The notes under the pieces: generated by a model
What the model saw: only the letters and a program-made list of their open reading frames with translations
What the model was told of the DNA's origin: nothing
Database searches by the model: none
Origin: Christensenellales bacterium
Lineage (GTDB): Bacteria; Bacillota; Clostridia; Christensenellales; UBA1431
Direction: 5' to 3'
Assembly: GCA_040772545.1 (NCBI GenBank)
Contig: JAXGXY010000002.1
Coordinates: forward strand, 166,521 to 230,520
DNA: 64,000 nucleotides
Part shown: positions 28,859 to 38,605 of the stretch, in pieces
Numbering within the stretch: the first letter of the stretch is position 1
Layout of the letters: each line of letters opens with the position of its first letter
Made by a program: the position numbers and the translations under genes

Positions 28859-31800
28859 TCCCTTCTAATCGGGCTCAGGTTTATAAACAACTCTTTAAGC
28901 TCCTCTGAGCTTCGGTTGTTGAAAAGATATTCAAGTAATTCCTCTTGCCGCGCCTGACCCATTGTGACGCGATACAACGATAGGATTTTCAGCAGTCGGT
29001 TATAGATCGCTTTATCTTTGCTGTATGGGTACATCGGAATGATACGCTCGATTTTCACCGAACCATCCGGCAGACACCAGAACGGAACGAGTTCCGGCTC
29101 ATCCTTGCCCTTGGCGTCAAGGGCAAACTGGAATACTTCATCCCAAACATCACTTGTGAAATCAGCATTACCATATTTCTGCGCCAAGCTCTGCCTGATT
29201 GAGAGACACTTATAGCGGTTAATACGCCCCTCGCGCTGTTCAAGGTCAACGGGGTTGTGCGGCAGATTCCAGTGTACTATCTTACGGGTGTAGTTGTGGA
29301 AATCCAGACCCTCTTGGCCTATTGATGTGGTGGCTAACACAAAAGGGCGAAACGGCGCGTTGAAGGCCGTTCGCAGGTTTTCTTTCCGCTGCGAGGTTTT
29401 CTCGTCACTCTGTGTCTGATAAAACCCAGCAGCGAAATGTGAACGCATACGAATCTGAGCCTTTTTATTCTTTATAAAGCTTGTGTAGGTATCAATTGAA
29501 TAACTCGCTGTTGTTGCCTGTAAAGCCTCGCACATCTGATTACACAGGCTCTCAATATTTCTGTCGTTGAGAACATGAGCGTACTCATCGAGCATGGCAG
29601 CAAAGTTACCGTCAACACAGTATTTCAAAACATTCTTATAATGTGCATCATCACTCTTGCCGTAAGCCAGTTCAATAACAGCGATCGCTTCGGGTTTGTC
29701 AAGCATATCTGCAACTTCTTTTGCAAACCTCTCTGCAAGGCTGCGGTCGCCCTTAAAAACTCGCATCGCGCATGTGGCGGGTGACGCTATTGCCATTGAT
29801 GTGAGGACATCAGCCAAATCGGATGGCATTTTTCTCTGTGGAATTGCAATTTTCTTATTTACTGGCCAGATGTTGAATCGCATGAACTCGTCAAAGAGCA
29901 GAGGTGCAACCCAATACCAGTCCATGTCCGGTGCTCCTCGTTCTGTGACGCCGTATTCACGCTTCATACCGTCAAGTAGCGGTTGTATCTGTTTCTTAAT
30001 GCCTTTGCGTATATCATTCAGCGATTCGCCCATGTGCTCAACTGGGTTGTAAAGCTCGGCGAGTGTAGTACTCGCAGTCGTAAGTGGCTTAATTCTGTTT
30101 TCCGTGAGTTTGCGATATGGGAAACGGGCGGTAGCCTTCCGCTTAGAACCACTGCTTGAAACGTCATCTTCAATCAGATAGCCCTTATTGCGTTTATCCG
30201 TCTCATTTAAGTACAGCTTTCCAATCGTGCGGCACTCACACTCATATGAAAGGGTACAGGCAATCATGCGCGGGACCATTTCCCACGCTGAAAAAACAAG
30301 TACCTTTGAAAATCCGTCCTTACCCTTGAAAACACCACCTGGCTTATAATACGGGATCGATGGAGGAACCCAAAGCAGTCTTTCTGCTTCATTTGCCAAG
30401 GTCACATCCATAAGGCGCTCAAGTCTTGCGTTGTTGGGAGGCAGCGGCTCGTATTCACGTAGGCTTTTCTCGTCTATGAAAAGTAGCTTACGGGCCTGAC
30501 GTGATAAGGTCGGCTTTAAATTCTTGATATCTGATTTGTATTTGTAATGCTCCATGAAAGACAGCAAATAGGGACACGATTTAACATACTCGACAGGAAT
30601 ATGAACCGTACCACTGAGGTTTTCGGCAACCATAAAAGACTGAATATCTGTTTCAGATATGTCAAGAGATGCCTTTTTTGTGCTGTCATCGGAAAAGTTT
30701 CCGCTCTCGCCAGCGAGGAGTCGCTCTGTACGGCAGATACCACTGTACATCGCTTGCTCCGCTTTGTTCTTGATGCTGATAAGTGTGCCAAAATCGGATG
30801 TAACCTCGCGGAGAGAGGTAGAGAAACTGCTCCAAGTTTCTTCAAACTGCATATTCTTATTTTCATCTGAGAACAGGAATCGCATAAGCTCCAGAAATTC
30901 CTGATAATGTTCGTCGACTCCGCTTTCGGCAGCTTCTTCAAGGGTTTGATATAACTTAAACGGTGTCGCGGAAAGCAGGAGGGTATTCGTGTTCTTACTC
31001 TTAAGGAAAGCGTTGGTGAGCAGACCGATCTCACTGTCCGGCAAAGCAGTAATTAACTCACGGAACCGCTGAAACTCGTCCATTATAACGAGATCGGGGT
31101 TGAGTCTGCCAATGCTGACCTGTGAGAACAGGACGCGGAGACTGCGGATTGTCCGCCTGCCAACCGTGGCGTCATAGCTGTTATTGCGAACCGCTTCGCA
31201 CAAACCAAGAAGTTCTTCCGTAAGTTTTGCACCAAAATGCGATAAAACATCGTGGCATATGGTTTTAAGATATATGCCCTTAGAGGCATTATCACAGTCG
31301 ATGACACGCTGCTCTATCCAGTCCTTAGCCCATGTGTAGAAACCGTTTATTCCATCTGCAAAGATAACCTCAAGCTCATCATTTAAGGTGCTGAACATAT
31401 CGAGCCGCCGCAGGATGGCAAATATTAACGCGCGTTCCTGCACAAGACCACTGCTGTTTGTGATGTTGAAGGAGGTCGCGGGGGTGAGAGGGATAAGCTG
31501 AATATAGCCCTCCCGAATTTTAGGGTCGTTTTCCTGCTCGAATATTTTCAGGTGCTGCATTGACAACCTTGTGTCAGATACACCGTCCACGGTCACGTTG
31601 TCGTATATTTTGAGCTTGCGAATATTTTGATTGGCGATTGATGTATTTAAGCATATATAAAGCACCTTGAAAAGCTCGTCGCCTGTTTGTTTGTGGTAGT
31701 TCGCGAGCTTGGCTATTACGCCTCTTGCGATAAGCGTTTTTCCAAGCCCGACCTCATCGGCGACAAGGACACGTTTCTGTCCCGATCTGAACAGGTCGAA

Positions 31801-31884
31801 GCAACGTTCTGTCGTAGCGCGTTGGAAGTCTTTCAATTCAGACAGTATAATTTTTTCTCTTTCAGCAAGTGTAATCCCGCTCAT
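28855..31884 (-). CDS. SF2 helicase (Azaca ZacC-like)
   Basis: LKDFQ, LVADEVGLGKT, MDEFQRF, LLSATP, TSIGQEGLDFH and EQREGRINRY motifs. Confidence 0.85.
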   Translation of the reverse strand: MSGITLAEREKIILSELKDFQRATTERCFDLFRSGQKRVLVADEVGLGKTLIARGVIAKLANYHKQTGDELFKVLYICLNTSIANQNIRKLKIYDNVTVDGVSDTRLSMQHLKIFEQENDPKIREGYIQLIPLTPATSFNITNSSGLVQERALIFAILRRLDMFSTLNDELEVIFADGINGFYTWAKDWIEQRVIDCDNASKGIYLKTICHDVLSHFGAKLTEELLGLCEAVRNNSYDATVGRRTIRSLRVLFSQVSIGRLNPDLVIMDEFQRFRELITALPDSEIGLLTNAFLKSKNTNTLLLSATPFKLYQTLEEAAESGVDEHYQEFLELMRFLFSDENKNMQFEETWSSFSTSLREVTSDFGTLISIKNKAEQAMYSGICRTERLLAGESGNFSDDSTKKASLDISETDIQSFMVAENLSGTVHIPVEYVKSCPYLLSFMEHYKYKSDIKNLKPTLSRQARKLLFIDEKSLREYEPLPPNNARLERLMDVTLANEAERLLWVPPSIPYYKPGGVFKGKDGFSKVLVFSAWEMVPRMIACTLSYECECRTIGKLYLNETDKRNKGYLIEDDVSSSGSKRKATARFPYRKLTENRIKPLTTASTTLAELYNPVEHMGESLNDIRKGIKKQIQPLLDGMKREYGVTERGAPDMDWYWVAPLLFDEFMRFNIWPVNKKIAIPQRKMPSDLADVLTSMAIASPATCAMRVFKGDRSLAERFAKEVADMLDKPEAIAVIELAYGKSDDAHYKNVLKYCVDGNFAAMLDEYAHVLNDRNIESLCNQMCEALQATTASYSIDTYTSFIKNKKAQIRMRSHFAAGFYQTQSDEKTSQRKENLRTAFNAPFRPFVLATTSIGQEGLDFHNYTRKIVHWNLPHNPVDLEQREGRINRYKCLSIRQSLAQKYGNADFTSDVWDEVFQFALDAKGKDEPELVPFWCLPDGSVKIERIIPMYPYSKDKAIYNRLLKILSLYRVTMGQARQEELLEYLFNNRSSEELKELFINLSPIRRE

Positions 31885-33650
31885 TGCTTCACCACCTTCT
31901 CAAACTGCTCGTACAGTTTCAGAAAATCTTGCGGAATAATATTATCGTTCGTAAGCGATATTATTTCTCTGATTTCACGCAAGCTGTCTTTGTCATTTGC
32001 CGCAGCTTTCAACATACGCTCATACAAAATCGGTGCATCGAAATTCATGTTTAAGAAGCAGAAATCGCCTTTACCCTTTTTCATGTTCTCCAAAAAAGCG
32101 GCAAGGTAATCGTCGCTTAAGAGGAACGCGATATAGATTAAAAATGCGTTTTTATCCCTTACAACCTCGCTGAACACAGCAGAGTCACGGTTGTCTGGGA
32201 TACCCGTGGTCTGGATTTTTAGCACCCGGCTAACCTCTTTATCACGGTTCTTTGCCGTGATGACATACCATTCCGAGATGTCACGCAGACCGAGACCGGT
32301 AAAATTTATGCTCTCGCTTAAGGGCTGATGATTCGCCTTCATTAGGGGAGATAACGTCATTTCGGCTTCACTTTGAAAGGGCTGCATGGTCACAACCACA
32401 TTGAAATGCTCTTTTCCAATTACGACTGCCGATTTTCGGAGAGCACAGAAATCACGCACGGCGCTTTCAAGCATCATAAGAACAGCATCTTCACTGGTGG
32501 CGGTGTACTCCTTCGGCTCGACTTTCTCAAACGGATTCGCCTTTTCATCAGAGCCGAACAGATCTTGCTTGAGCTTGTCGACGTTCAAATACCGTTGCTT
32601 TCCCCAAAGGGCAAGCATGCACTCCACATTTCCACCGAAAAAAGCGTTGTAGCTCGCGTTTGCCGAGCCGACATATAACTCACTGTTTGACCATTTTGTG
32701 CGGAGATAGACCTTCGCATGGATGTCCTGTGTCTTAAAATCACCGGTTTCAGAGATACGCTCCTCACCGTCAACCACGTCGTCCTTAATGGTGTAGGTGT
32801 CAAATGATTTGAGTAGTTCCGCGCTTAGCTTCGATAGCTCTGATTTTCTTGTGATAAGCGTACAGTCAGGGTTCACAAGGCGCTTCTTTTCAAAGCCCTC
32901 AATGACGCTTTTGCTTAAAAATGGTGATATGACCATTATCTTGTGGAAACTGTCGCCGAGGTTGTCGGTAGAGGAAACACCAATGCCATAAGGGATAAAG
33001 TTGAAGCCATCAAATTCTCTGCCAAGATTACGCCATTCAACATCAACAATTTCATCTGCAAGCTTAGATAACAGCTTTCTTTTATTCTTGAGTTGGCTGT
33101 TGTGTGAGCTTGTATTCTTATGCAGCCACAGCAAAAATGCGCGCATAGCTTCGCCCGTGCTTTCACCTTTCTCAATAACCATCTCACCCTTGGCTGCGCT
33201 ATCAAGGCGTAGTGCGACGTCCCAACTGCGGTCGAAGGTAAGATTCCTGGACATGACAATCAGACGGAACTTGTCGGGCAAGCCGTCTGCTGAAAACTTC
33301 AAGAACCATGTTTTGGGATGAAACGATCGCTTGTTTCGTAGATTGACCTCACTCACACAGTTTTCAAGCAGCGGCAGCAACTTGTTGGGTTTATCCGGTA
33401 TCCTGATTTGACTGCTCTGACAGAAAATGAGCAGCTTTCCACTTGCTCTGCGAATTGCTTCGAGCATATGTAACGGACTTTGCGTAAGCTCGGTATCCGC
33501 TTCCACATTAAGTCCAACGATAGCGCATACGGCTGTCAGTGTCTCAAGGTCGAGGGAATATGTTGTTCCGACCGCAAATGATGTCTTATAACGAGGGGGC
33601 GGCGAAAGAAGCTCCCTGTAATCAATGCGATCTGATTGGGTATTAAGCAT
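31881..33650 (-). CDS. Phospholipase D-family (two HKD-like) putative nuclease (ZacB-like)
   Basis: GTTYSLDL, FHPKTW...SRNLT and IHAKVY...GSANAS; ATG at 33650. Confidence 0.8.
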   Translation of the reverse strand: MLNTQSDRIDYRELLSPPPRYKTSFAVGTTYSLDLETLTAVCAIVGLNVEADTELTQSPLHMLEAIRRASGKLLIFCQSSQIRIPDKPNKLLPLLENCVSEVNLRNKRSFHPKTWFLKFSADGLPDKFRLIVMSRNLTFDRSWDVALRLDSAAKGEMVIEKGESTGEAMRAFLLWLHKNTSSHNSQLKNKRKLLSKLADEIVDVEWRNLGREFDGFNFIPYGIGVSSTDNLGDSFHKIMVISPFLSKSVIEGFEKKRLVNPDCTLITRKSELSKLSAELLKSFDTYTIKDDVVDGEERISETGDFKTQDIHAKVYLRTKWSNSELYVGSANASYNAFFGGNVECMLALWGKQRYLNVDKLKQDLFGSDEKANPFEKVEPKEYTATSEDAVLMMLESAVRDFCALRKSAVVIGKEHFNVVVTMQPFQSEAEMTLSPLMKANHQPLSESINFTGLGLRDISEWYVITAKNRDKEVSRVLKIQTTGIPDNRDSAVFSEVVRDKNAFLIYIAFLLSDDYLAAFLENMKKGKGDFCFLNMNFDAPILYERMLKAAANDKDSLREIREIISLTNDNIIPQDFLKLYEQFEKVVKQ

Positions 33651-34818
33651 GGTTGCCAACCCCCTCGAAAATGTCCTTGACGATACGCTGAGCATAGGGC
33701 AAACGATAAACAAGCGGTGACATGTTTACGTTATTATCGTCGTACTTATACAGATCTGTATTAGTCAGCTTTGCACGCGCCGCACCTTTAATCTCTTTTT
33801 CTCGGTGAATGATAAGACTGTCCAGTTCGCCCTCGTTATCAATTGCAGATGTATATGCCTTGAGAAACCGCATCACGCTGGCGCGGGGCTTGAGCCGTGT
33901 CTGAACATCAGCGAGGCTCACGGTCGGGCGTTCCTCTTTGTATTGCGCCCACGACTCATTGGCAAGATTATTTTTTCCATCTGAATAGATAACATTGTAC
34001 CTAATCTGTGCACCAAAGATGAAGCGCGAGAAATCGCGAGCAAGCTTGTAATCTCTTAATAGTTCGGGAGGCATAATGCTTTGCATAGCATAGATATCAT
34101 CCAATTTTGCATATTCGGTGAAGTCAAGCCGACTCTCGCGCAGTACAAATGCAAGTAGGCTGTCGCGGGTACCGGGCATGGATGTAATACGCTCACGCAA
34201 ATATGTGGCTTCATCTAAAGTCAACTTAATCGTCAGGCTTTCACGCCAATTCTCTTTTGCAGCGGGCACGCGCCAAAAGGCTGCTCCGCTCATTCCAGCA
34301 TCAGTGTCATCGGTGGTATCATCTTCATTTTCGGCCTTGCGCTTTCCAAGTCCTTTCTCCCGCTCTGACGCGGCTTTACGTGCATGGAAAAGTTCCGCAT
34401 ATTCAGACAGCGTAACCGGCTCTGAAATAAAGCCATAGGTTCGCAGTGCTCTCCAGTAAATGCTCGACGGCTTTCTTCTCAGCGTTTGCCGAGAACGCTG
34501 CCCGATAATGCCCTCAGCGCCATTAACTGCGAGTATGTCAATAATGTCAAGTTCGTTTTGCTCTAACGCCTCTATAAACTGCCGCGGCAAAAGCTTCTTT
34601 CCTCGTTCAAGTTCCAAGCAGATATACGGTATAATGAAAAGATATTTGGCCCTCGTCTGGATTGTGGAGGTGCCAGGAAAGAGGATGTCAGAAAAGCCGT
34701 CCCGAATTGTTCCGATGCCAAGCTCATCCACCGCGCCCGGCTCTGTCAGCTGGCGCAGTACGCTCAGAACCATATCCCGGTCGCTCTTAGAAAAATCAAT
34801 CCACCCTAAGTTAAGCAT
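33643..34818 (-). CDS. DUF6361-like protein (ZacA-like)
   Basis: LGWIDFS, DELGIGTIRDGFSDILFPGTSTIQTRAKY, PSSIYW and YRL..AQRIVKDI. Confidence 0.7.
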   Translation of the reverse strand: MLNLGWIDFSKSDRDMVLSVLRQLTEPGAVDELGIGTIRDGFSDILFPGTSTIQTRAKYLFIIPYICLELERGKKLLPRQFIEALEQNELDIIDILAVNGAEGIIGQRSRQTLRRKPSSIYWRALRTYGFISEPVTLSEYAELFHARKAASEREKGLGKRKAENEDDTTDDTDAGMSGAAFWRVPAAKENWRESLTIKLTLDEATYLRERITSMPGTRDSLLAFVLRESRLDFTEYAKLDDIYAMQSIMPPELLRDYKLARDFSRFIFGAQIRYNVIYSDGKNNLANESWAQYKEERPTVSLADVQTRLKPRASVMRFLKAYTSAIDNEGELDSLIIHREKEIKGAARAKLTNTDLYKYDDNNVNMSPLVYRLPYAQRIVKDIFEGVGNHA

Positions 34819-35078
34819 AGCCATCCTCCTAACAAGGGCCGGTCATAGCTGAACAGAACCTCGTTAATCTTGAAAATATCGTACTAACCTTTTTCCATAT
34901 AAACTATCCAGTCCAAGACTCATGGAGCAATGAATTCTGACATCTGCCCATATCCGCTTAAATAGGTGCCTTTCTGAACTCTCGTCAGCGCAACGTAAAG
35001 TAGACATTTTCAGCGGTAGTGGATTCTTGTTCACTGATAGCAATGGTATGATCAATAGCAGATGCCAACGGAACTTTG

Positions 35079-36416
35079 GGTAGTGTCAAATCAAGTTTGC
35101 AAAATCACTCCGATAAGAATAAATCAAGCGGCAGATAAAAAGGCGTCCTGAATGGACTGTGCGCTCAAATATGCCCTTGCGGACGACCAGTCTTCTGAAT
35201 ATTCCATGAGGTACGTGGCGACCAGCCGCAGGTAGGATGCAGGGTTCGGGAAGATACCGACCACTCTGGTACGCCGCCTGATTTCTTTATTGAGTCTTTC
35301 CAGCATATTGGAACTGGAAGTTTTGCGAAAATCCAAAGCCGGAAAACAAAAGAACGCGAGGGAGTCTTCCAGTCCGTCTTCCAGTATTCGAATGGCCTGC
35401 GGAAACCGTTTCTCATATTCTTCGACCAGCGCGGCAGCCCTTCTGCGGGCGGTCTCCATGTCCGGAGCAAGCCATATCTGTTTGAGCTTCCCTGCAAAAA
35501 CCTGCTTGTCCCTATGCGGAACATGAACCAAAATGTTACGCATAAAATGCACCTTGCAACGCTGCCAGCAAGCGCCAGGGAAGCTTTCGCGTATGGCGGC
35601 GACCAATCCGGCATGGGCGTCCGAAATGACCAGGGACGGGGCGGTAAGCCCTCGGCCCTTCAGCCTTTCAAAGAGCTGGGCATAGCTTGCACGGGATTCT
35701 TCCAGCATAGGCTCGACGGCCAGCACCTCCCTTGACCCGGCTTCATTGACTCCACAGACAAGCAGGATCGCCATGCTGACAACACGCCCGTCGTAACGTA
35801 CCTTTTCATACAGAGCATCCACCCAAAGCACGGGGTAACGGTTGTCTTCAAGTGATCGGTTGCGGAACGCCTCCACCTGCTCATCCATCTCTTTTGCCAT
35901 GTTGCTTACCTGGGAACGCGACAGATTTTCAATACCCAGGCTCTTTGCCAGACGCTCCATTTTGCGCGTAGAAACGCCGTTTACGAAAGCTTCTTGAACC
36001 ACTTGGATAAGTGCCGCTTCGCTTCGTTTTCGGTCACTTACAAAGAACGGAACATACCCGCCTTGCCGCATCTTGGGCACCATCAGGTATATTGTCCCCA
36101 TCCGGGTGTCGAATCGCCGAGGGCGGTAGCCCGAACGATAGCTCTGGCGGTCGGTGGTGTGCTGTGATTTTTCCGCTCCGATTCTTGTCGAAATCTCCGC
36201 TTCCATCAATTGATCGCATAGCCACTCCAGCATCGACAGCATCGGATCAGGTTCGCTCATGCATTGCAGTAGTAATTCAGCCAAGTTTGTGGTAGTCTTT
36301 TTTTGAGCCATCGGTTTTTCTCCTTTTGAATGATTTGCTCGCACCATTCATTCTATCGGAGTGTCCGGTGGCTTTCCATATCCACATATAAATTGCAAAC
36401 ACTATTGTACTCTATC
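35079..36416 (-). mobile_element. Intact IS256-family insertion sequence (1338 bp) with 8-bp target duplication
   Basis: IRs GGTAGTGTCAAATCAAGTTTGCAA / GATAGAGTACAATAGTGTTTGCAA; GAACTTTG at 35071-35078 and 36417-36424. Confidence 0.95.
35124..36311 (-). CDS. IS256-family DDE transposase
   Basis: YRSGYRPR, GVSTRK, WVDA, ISDAHAG, WQRCKVHF and ERLNKEIRRR motifs. Confidence 0.93.
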   Translation of the reverse strand: MAQKKTTTNLAELLLQCMSEPDPMLSMLEWLCDQLMEAEISTRIGAEKSQHTTDRQSYRSGYRPRRFDTRMGTIYLMVPKMRQGGYVPFFVSDRKRSEAALIQVVQEAFVNGVSTRKMERLAKSLGIENLSRSQVSNMAKEMDEQVEAFRNRSLEDNRYPVLWVDALYEKVRYDGRVVSMAILLVCGVNEAGSREVLAVEPMLEESRASYAQLFERLKGRGLTAPSLVISDAHAGLVAAIRESFPGACWQRCKVHFMRNILVHVPHRDKQVFAGKLKQIWLAPDMETARRRAAALVEEYEKRFPQAIRILEDGLEDSLAFFCFPALDFRKTSSSNMLERLNKEIRRRTRVVGIFPNPASYLRLVATYLMEYSEDWSSARAYLSAQSIQDAFLSAA

Positions 36417-36588
36417 GAACTTTGCGCTTGTTTGCCGCAACGATAAACACATATTGAAATTCAAGTCCCTTTACGCGATGAATGGATGCAATATCGAAGG
36501 CAATGCTTGTGGTAATGTTTGGAATCTCACCATTATTCTCTTAATAGCCACTAAGGTATTCAGCAGACGGATTTATGCTGTAATACCT

Positions 36589-38586
36589 CTACCAAGGGAA
36601 CAGTGGCTTTTTGAAATTAATCTCGAAGAAGTGTCGTGCTTCGTCTAAATTCATCACAACCCATTCTCGGGATTTGTGTGCTTCCAGAGTCTCAGGGAGT
36701 TCCTTCATCAAACGATCGGCCTCATATGTAGCGCCGGCATTGTACCTCAACTCGTTGTTCCTTGGCGAGATTACAAATGATTTGCGACTGGTTTTCCAGG
36801 CGTTCTGGACCGTCTTTATTGCGTATTTCCCAGTTACTTGCTCGCTGAAATAATTATCGAGGGAGAGACGTCGAACATATTCGGGCATCTCATCTGTGTG
36901 CTCGCCGATGATCTCGCAAATAACTTCGGAAGAACACTTGAGTATGTCAGGGGTGTTATCATCGTTGTCCTCTTTCAAAGCATCAAGCAGATCCGGGATC
37001 AGAGCCAGCATGCGACGCAGGTACTCTCTGTAGAAGGCAGTACCGATCTTCTGCTGTACCGATCGAACCACATTACTTTTCATTACCTCGGTATTTGTGA
37101 GGCCAGCTTCCACGCGGCAAATCACTGTACGCCGGATCACTTCCGGAGCGACAGCTTTCACATCCTCATTGGCGCTGATAACAACGGCCGAATAATTGAT
37201 GAGATGTTCGCTCACGCCAAAGTCATCGTTCTTTATCGTTTCAATAGCATGTTGGCTGAAACGGGTATTTGTAAGATCATCGACAATGATCGCGCCCTGA
37301 ACAGTGCGCTTGAGGCTCTCAATGCTGGACCTAGTAAAGTCGGGCGCCGATACCTTTGGCTTCTGGCCAATCATCATCTTCAGCAGAGTTTCCAGAAAGC
37401 TTGTTTTCCCGGCCTTGCTTTGGCCGTAAACGAGACCGAATACAGGATACGGCAGCCGGTTCTGATCATAGCGTGCCGCCATATCTCGCATAACGCCCAT
37501 AAAAGGAGTACAGAAAAACCAGTTGGCGAACTCAAAATATCGATATTGCATACCTTCGTAATCGCCGTGAAACTTGCTGTACCCTTCCATATATTTTAGA
37601 AAGAGCGAGACATCCTGTTCGACGGCTTCCCGGTCAGGGTTGAGATCAAGCAGGTCGGCATTCAAGGCTGCCGTGCCTTGGAATGCGTCAATCACGAGCT
37701 GCGGATACTCACTTCGCAGTTCCTTTTCTTTTGTCGCTTCGCTTATAAGCTGCCGGCGCAGCTTCACGATGGTATCAGATACGACGGTAAGCTTACCGGT
37801 CTTTTTATCTGCCTTTGGTAGCATTGGGGTAAGTGTGCCTGCGAGCTTATGAGTATCCAGAATGAATTTGACTTCCTCTGTGTTCTCCTTAACCGTCTCT
37901 ATGACAAGGACTTTATTAGCCTTTATTGTTCCGGCCACTGGCAGTTCATCAATGTTTTCATTCAGATCAGCCCTTTCGAGGGCACTTCGCTTTATCGCAT
38001 CCGAACTGCATTCCCGGAGTTCTGAGAATGAACCCATGTACCAGTCATACGCTTCATCGCCGTCGATATAGCAGATGTTTTCGCGCTGTATTCCACCAAA
38101 AGCATTATAGGACATGTTGGCAGAGCCCATGATAACGCGCTTACGCCCGTCTTCAGCTGCAAGGAGGTACAGCTTCTCATGCGAGAGTTTTGTCCGGGAT
38201 ACATAGAATTTAACGCTGCCGTTATCCATACGGGAAAGCAGCTGCGATTGAGATTCCGATATATTGTCTCGCATTCGTTCAATGAGCTTGTCCTGATATG
38301 CCATAACCTCCTGAAGCGTATAGGACAGAACAGCCTCACAGCCGAAAATGATTTCGGCGTAGCCAAACATTCCGAGGAGCTTATACACGAAATTGACGCC
38401 GGATGAGAAAGTGATCGCATAAAGTGAGTCGAAACCAGAAAAGAGGTCTTGCCAGGTAACGGACTCAGCTGACTCATAATTGAGTTTCACGACCTCAAGC
38501 TTGGTTCCGGAAGAACTGACGCAGGAACAGTCGTCGTCAACGTCGAACAGCGAAATCGTATTATAATTGTTCTGAGAACTACTCAT
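36589..38586 (-). CDS. PLD-type (NgoFVII-like) nuclease domain fused to a P-loop NTPase
   Basis: SHEKLY...GSANMS...QREN; YGQSKAGKTS Walker A; IIVDD Walker B. Confidence 0.75.
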   Translation of the reverse strand: MSSSQNNYNTISLFDVDDDCSCVSSSGTKLEVVKLNYESAESVTWQDLFSGFDSLYAITFSSGVNFVYKLLGMFGYAEIIFGCEAVLSYTLQEVMAYQDKLIERMRDNISESQSQLLSRMDNGSVKFYVSRTKLSHEKLYLLAAEDGRKRVIMGSANMSYNAFGGIQRENICYIDGDEAYDWYMGSFSELRECSSDAIKRSALERADLNENIDELPVAGTIKANKVLVIETVKENTEEVKFILDTHKLAGTLTPMLPKADKKTGKLTVVSDTIVKLRRQLISEATKEKELRSEYPQLVIDAFQGTAALNADLLDLNPDREAVEQDVSLFLKYMEGYSKFHGDYEGMQYRYFEFANWFFCTPFMGVMRDMAARYDQNRLPYPVFGLVYGQSKAGKTSFLETLLKMMIGQKPKVSAPDFTRSSIESLKRTVQGAIIVDDLTNTRFSQHAIETIKNDDFGVSEHLINYSAVVISANEDVKAVAPEVIRRTVICRVEAGLTNTEVMKSNVVRSVQQKIGTAFYREYLRRMLALIPDLLDALKEDNDDNTPDILKCSSEVICEIIGEHTDEMPEYVRRLSLDNYFSEQVTGKYAIKTVQNAWKTSRKSFVISPRNNELRYNAGATYEADRLMKELPETLEAHKSREWVVMNLDEARHFFEINFKKPLFPW

Positions 38587-38605
38587 ACGACAGGCCTCCT
38601 ATTCT

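Larger units (their letters stand above)
34920..36500 (-). pseudogene. UvrD C-terminal domain remnant split by IS256 and frameshifted
   Basis: Removing the IS and one TSD restores IASIHRVKGLEFQYVFIVAANKRKVPLASAIDHT...AE, then after a frameshift CLLYVALTRVQKGTYLSGYGQMSEFIAP*. Confidence 0.8.
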
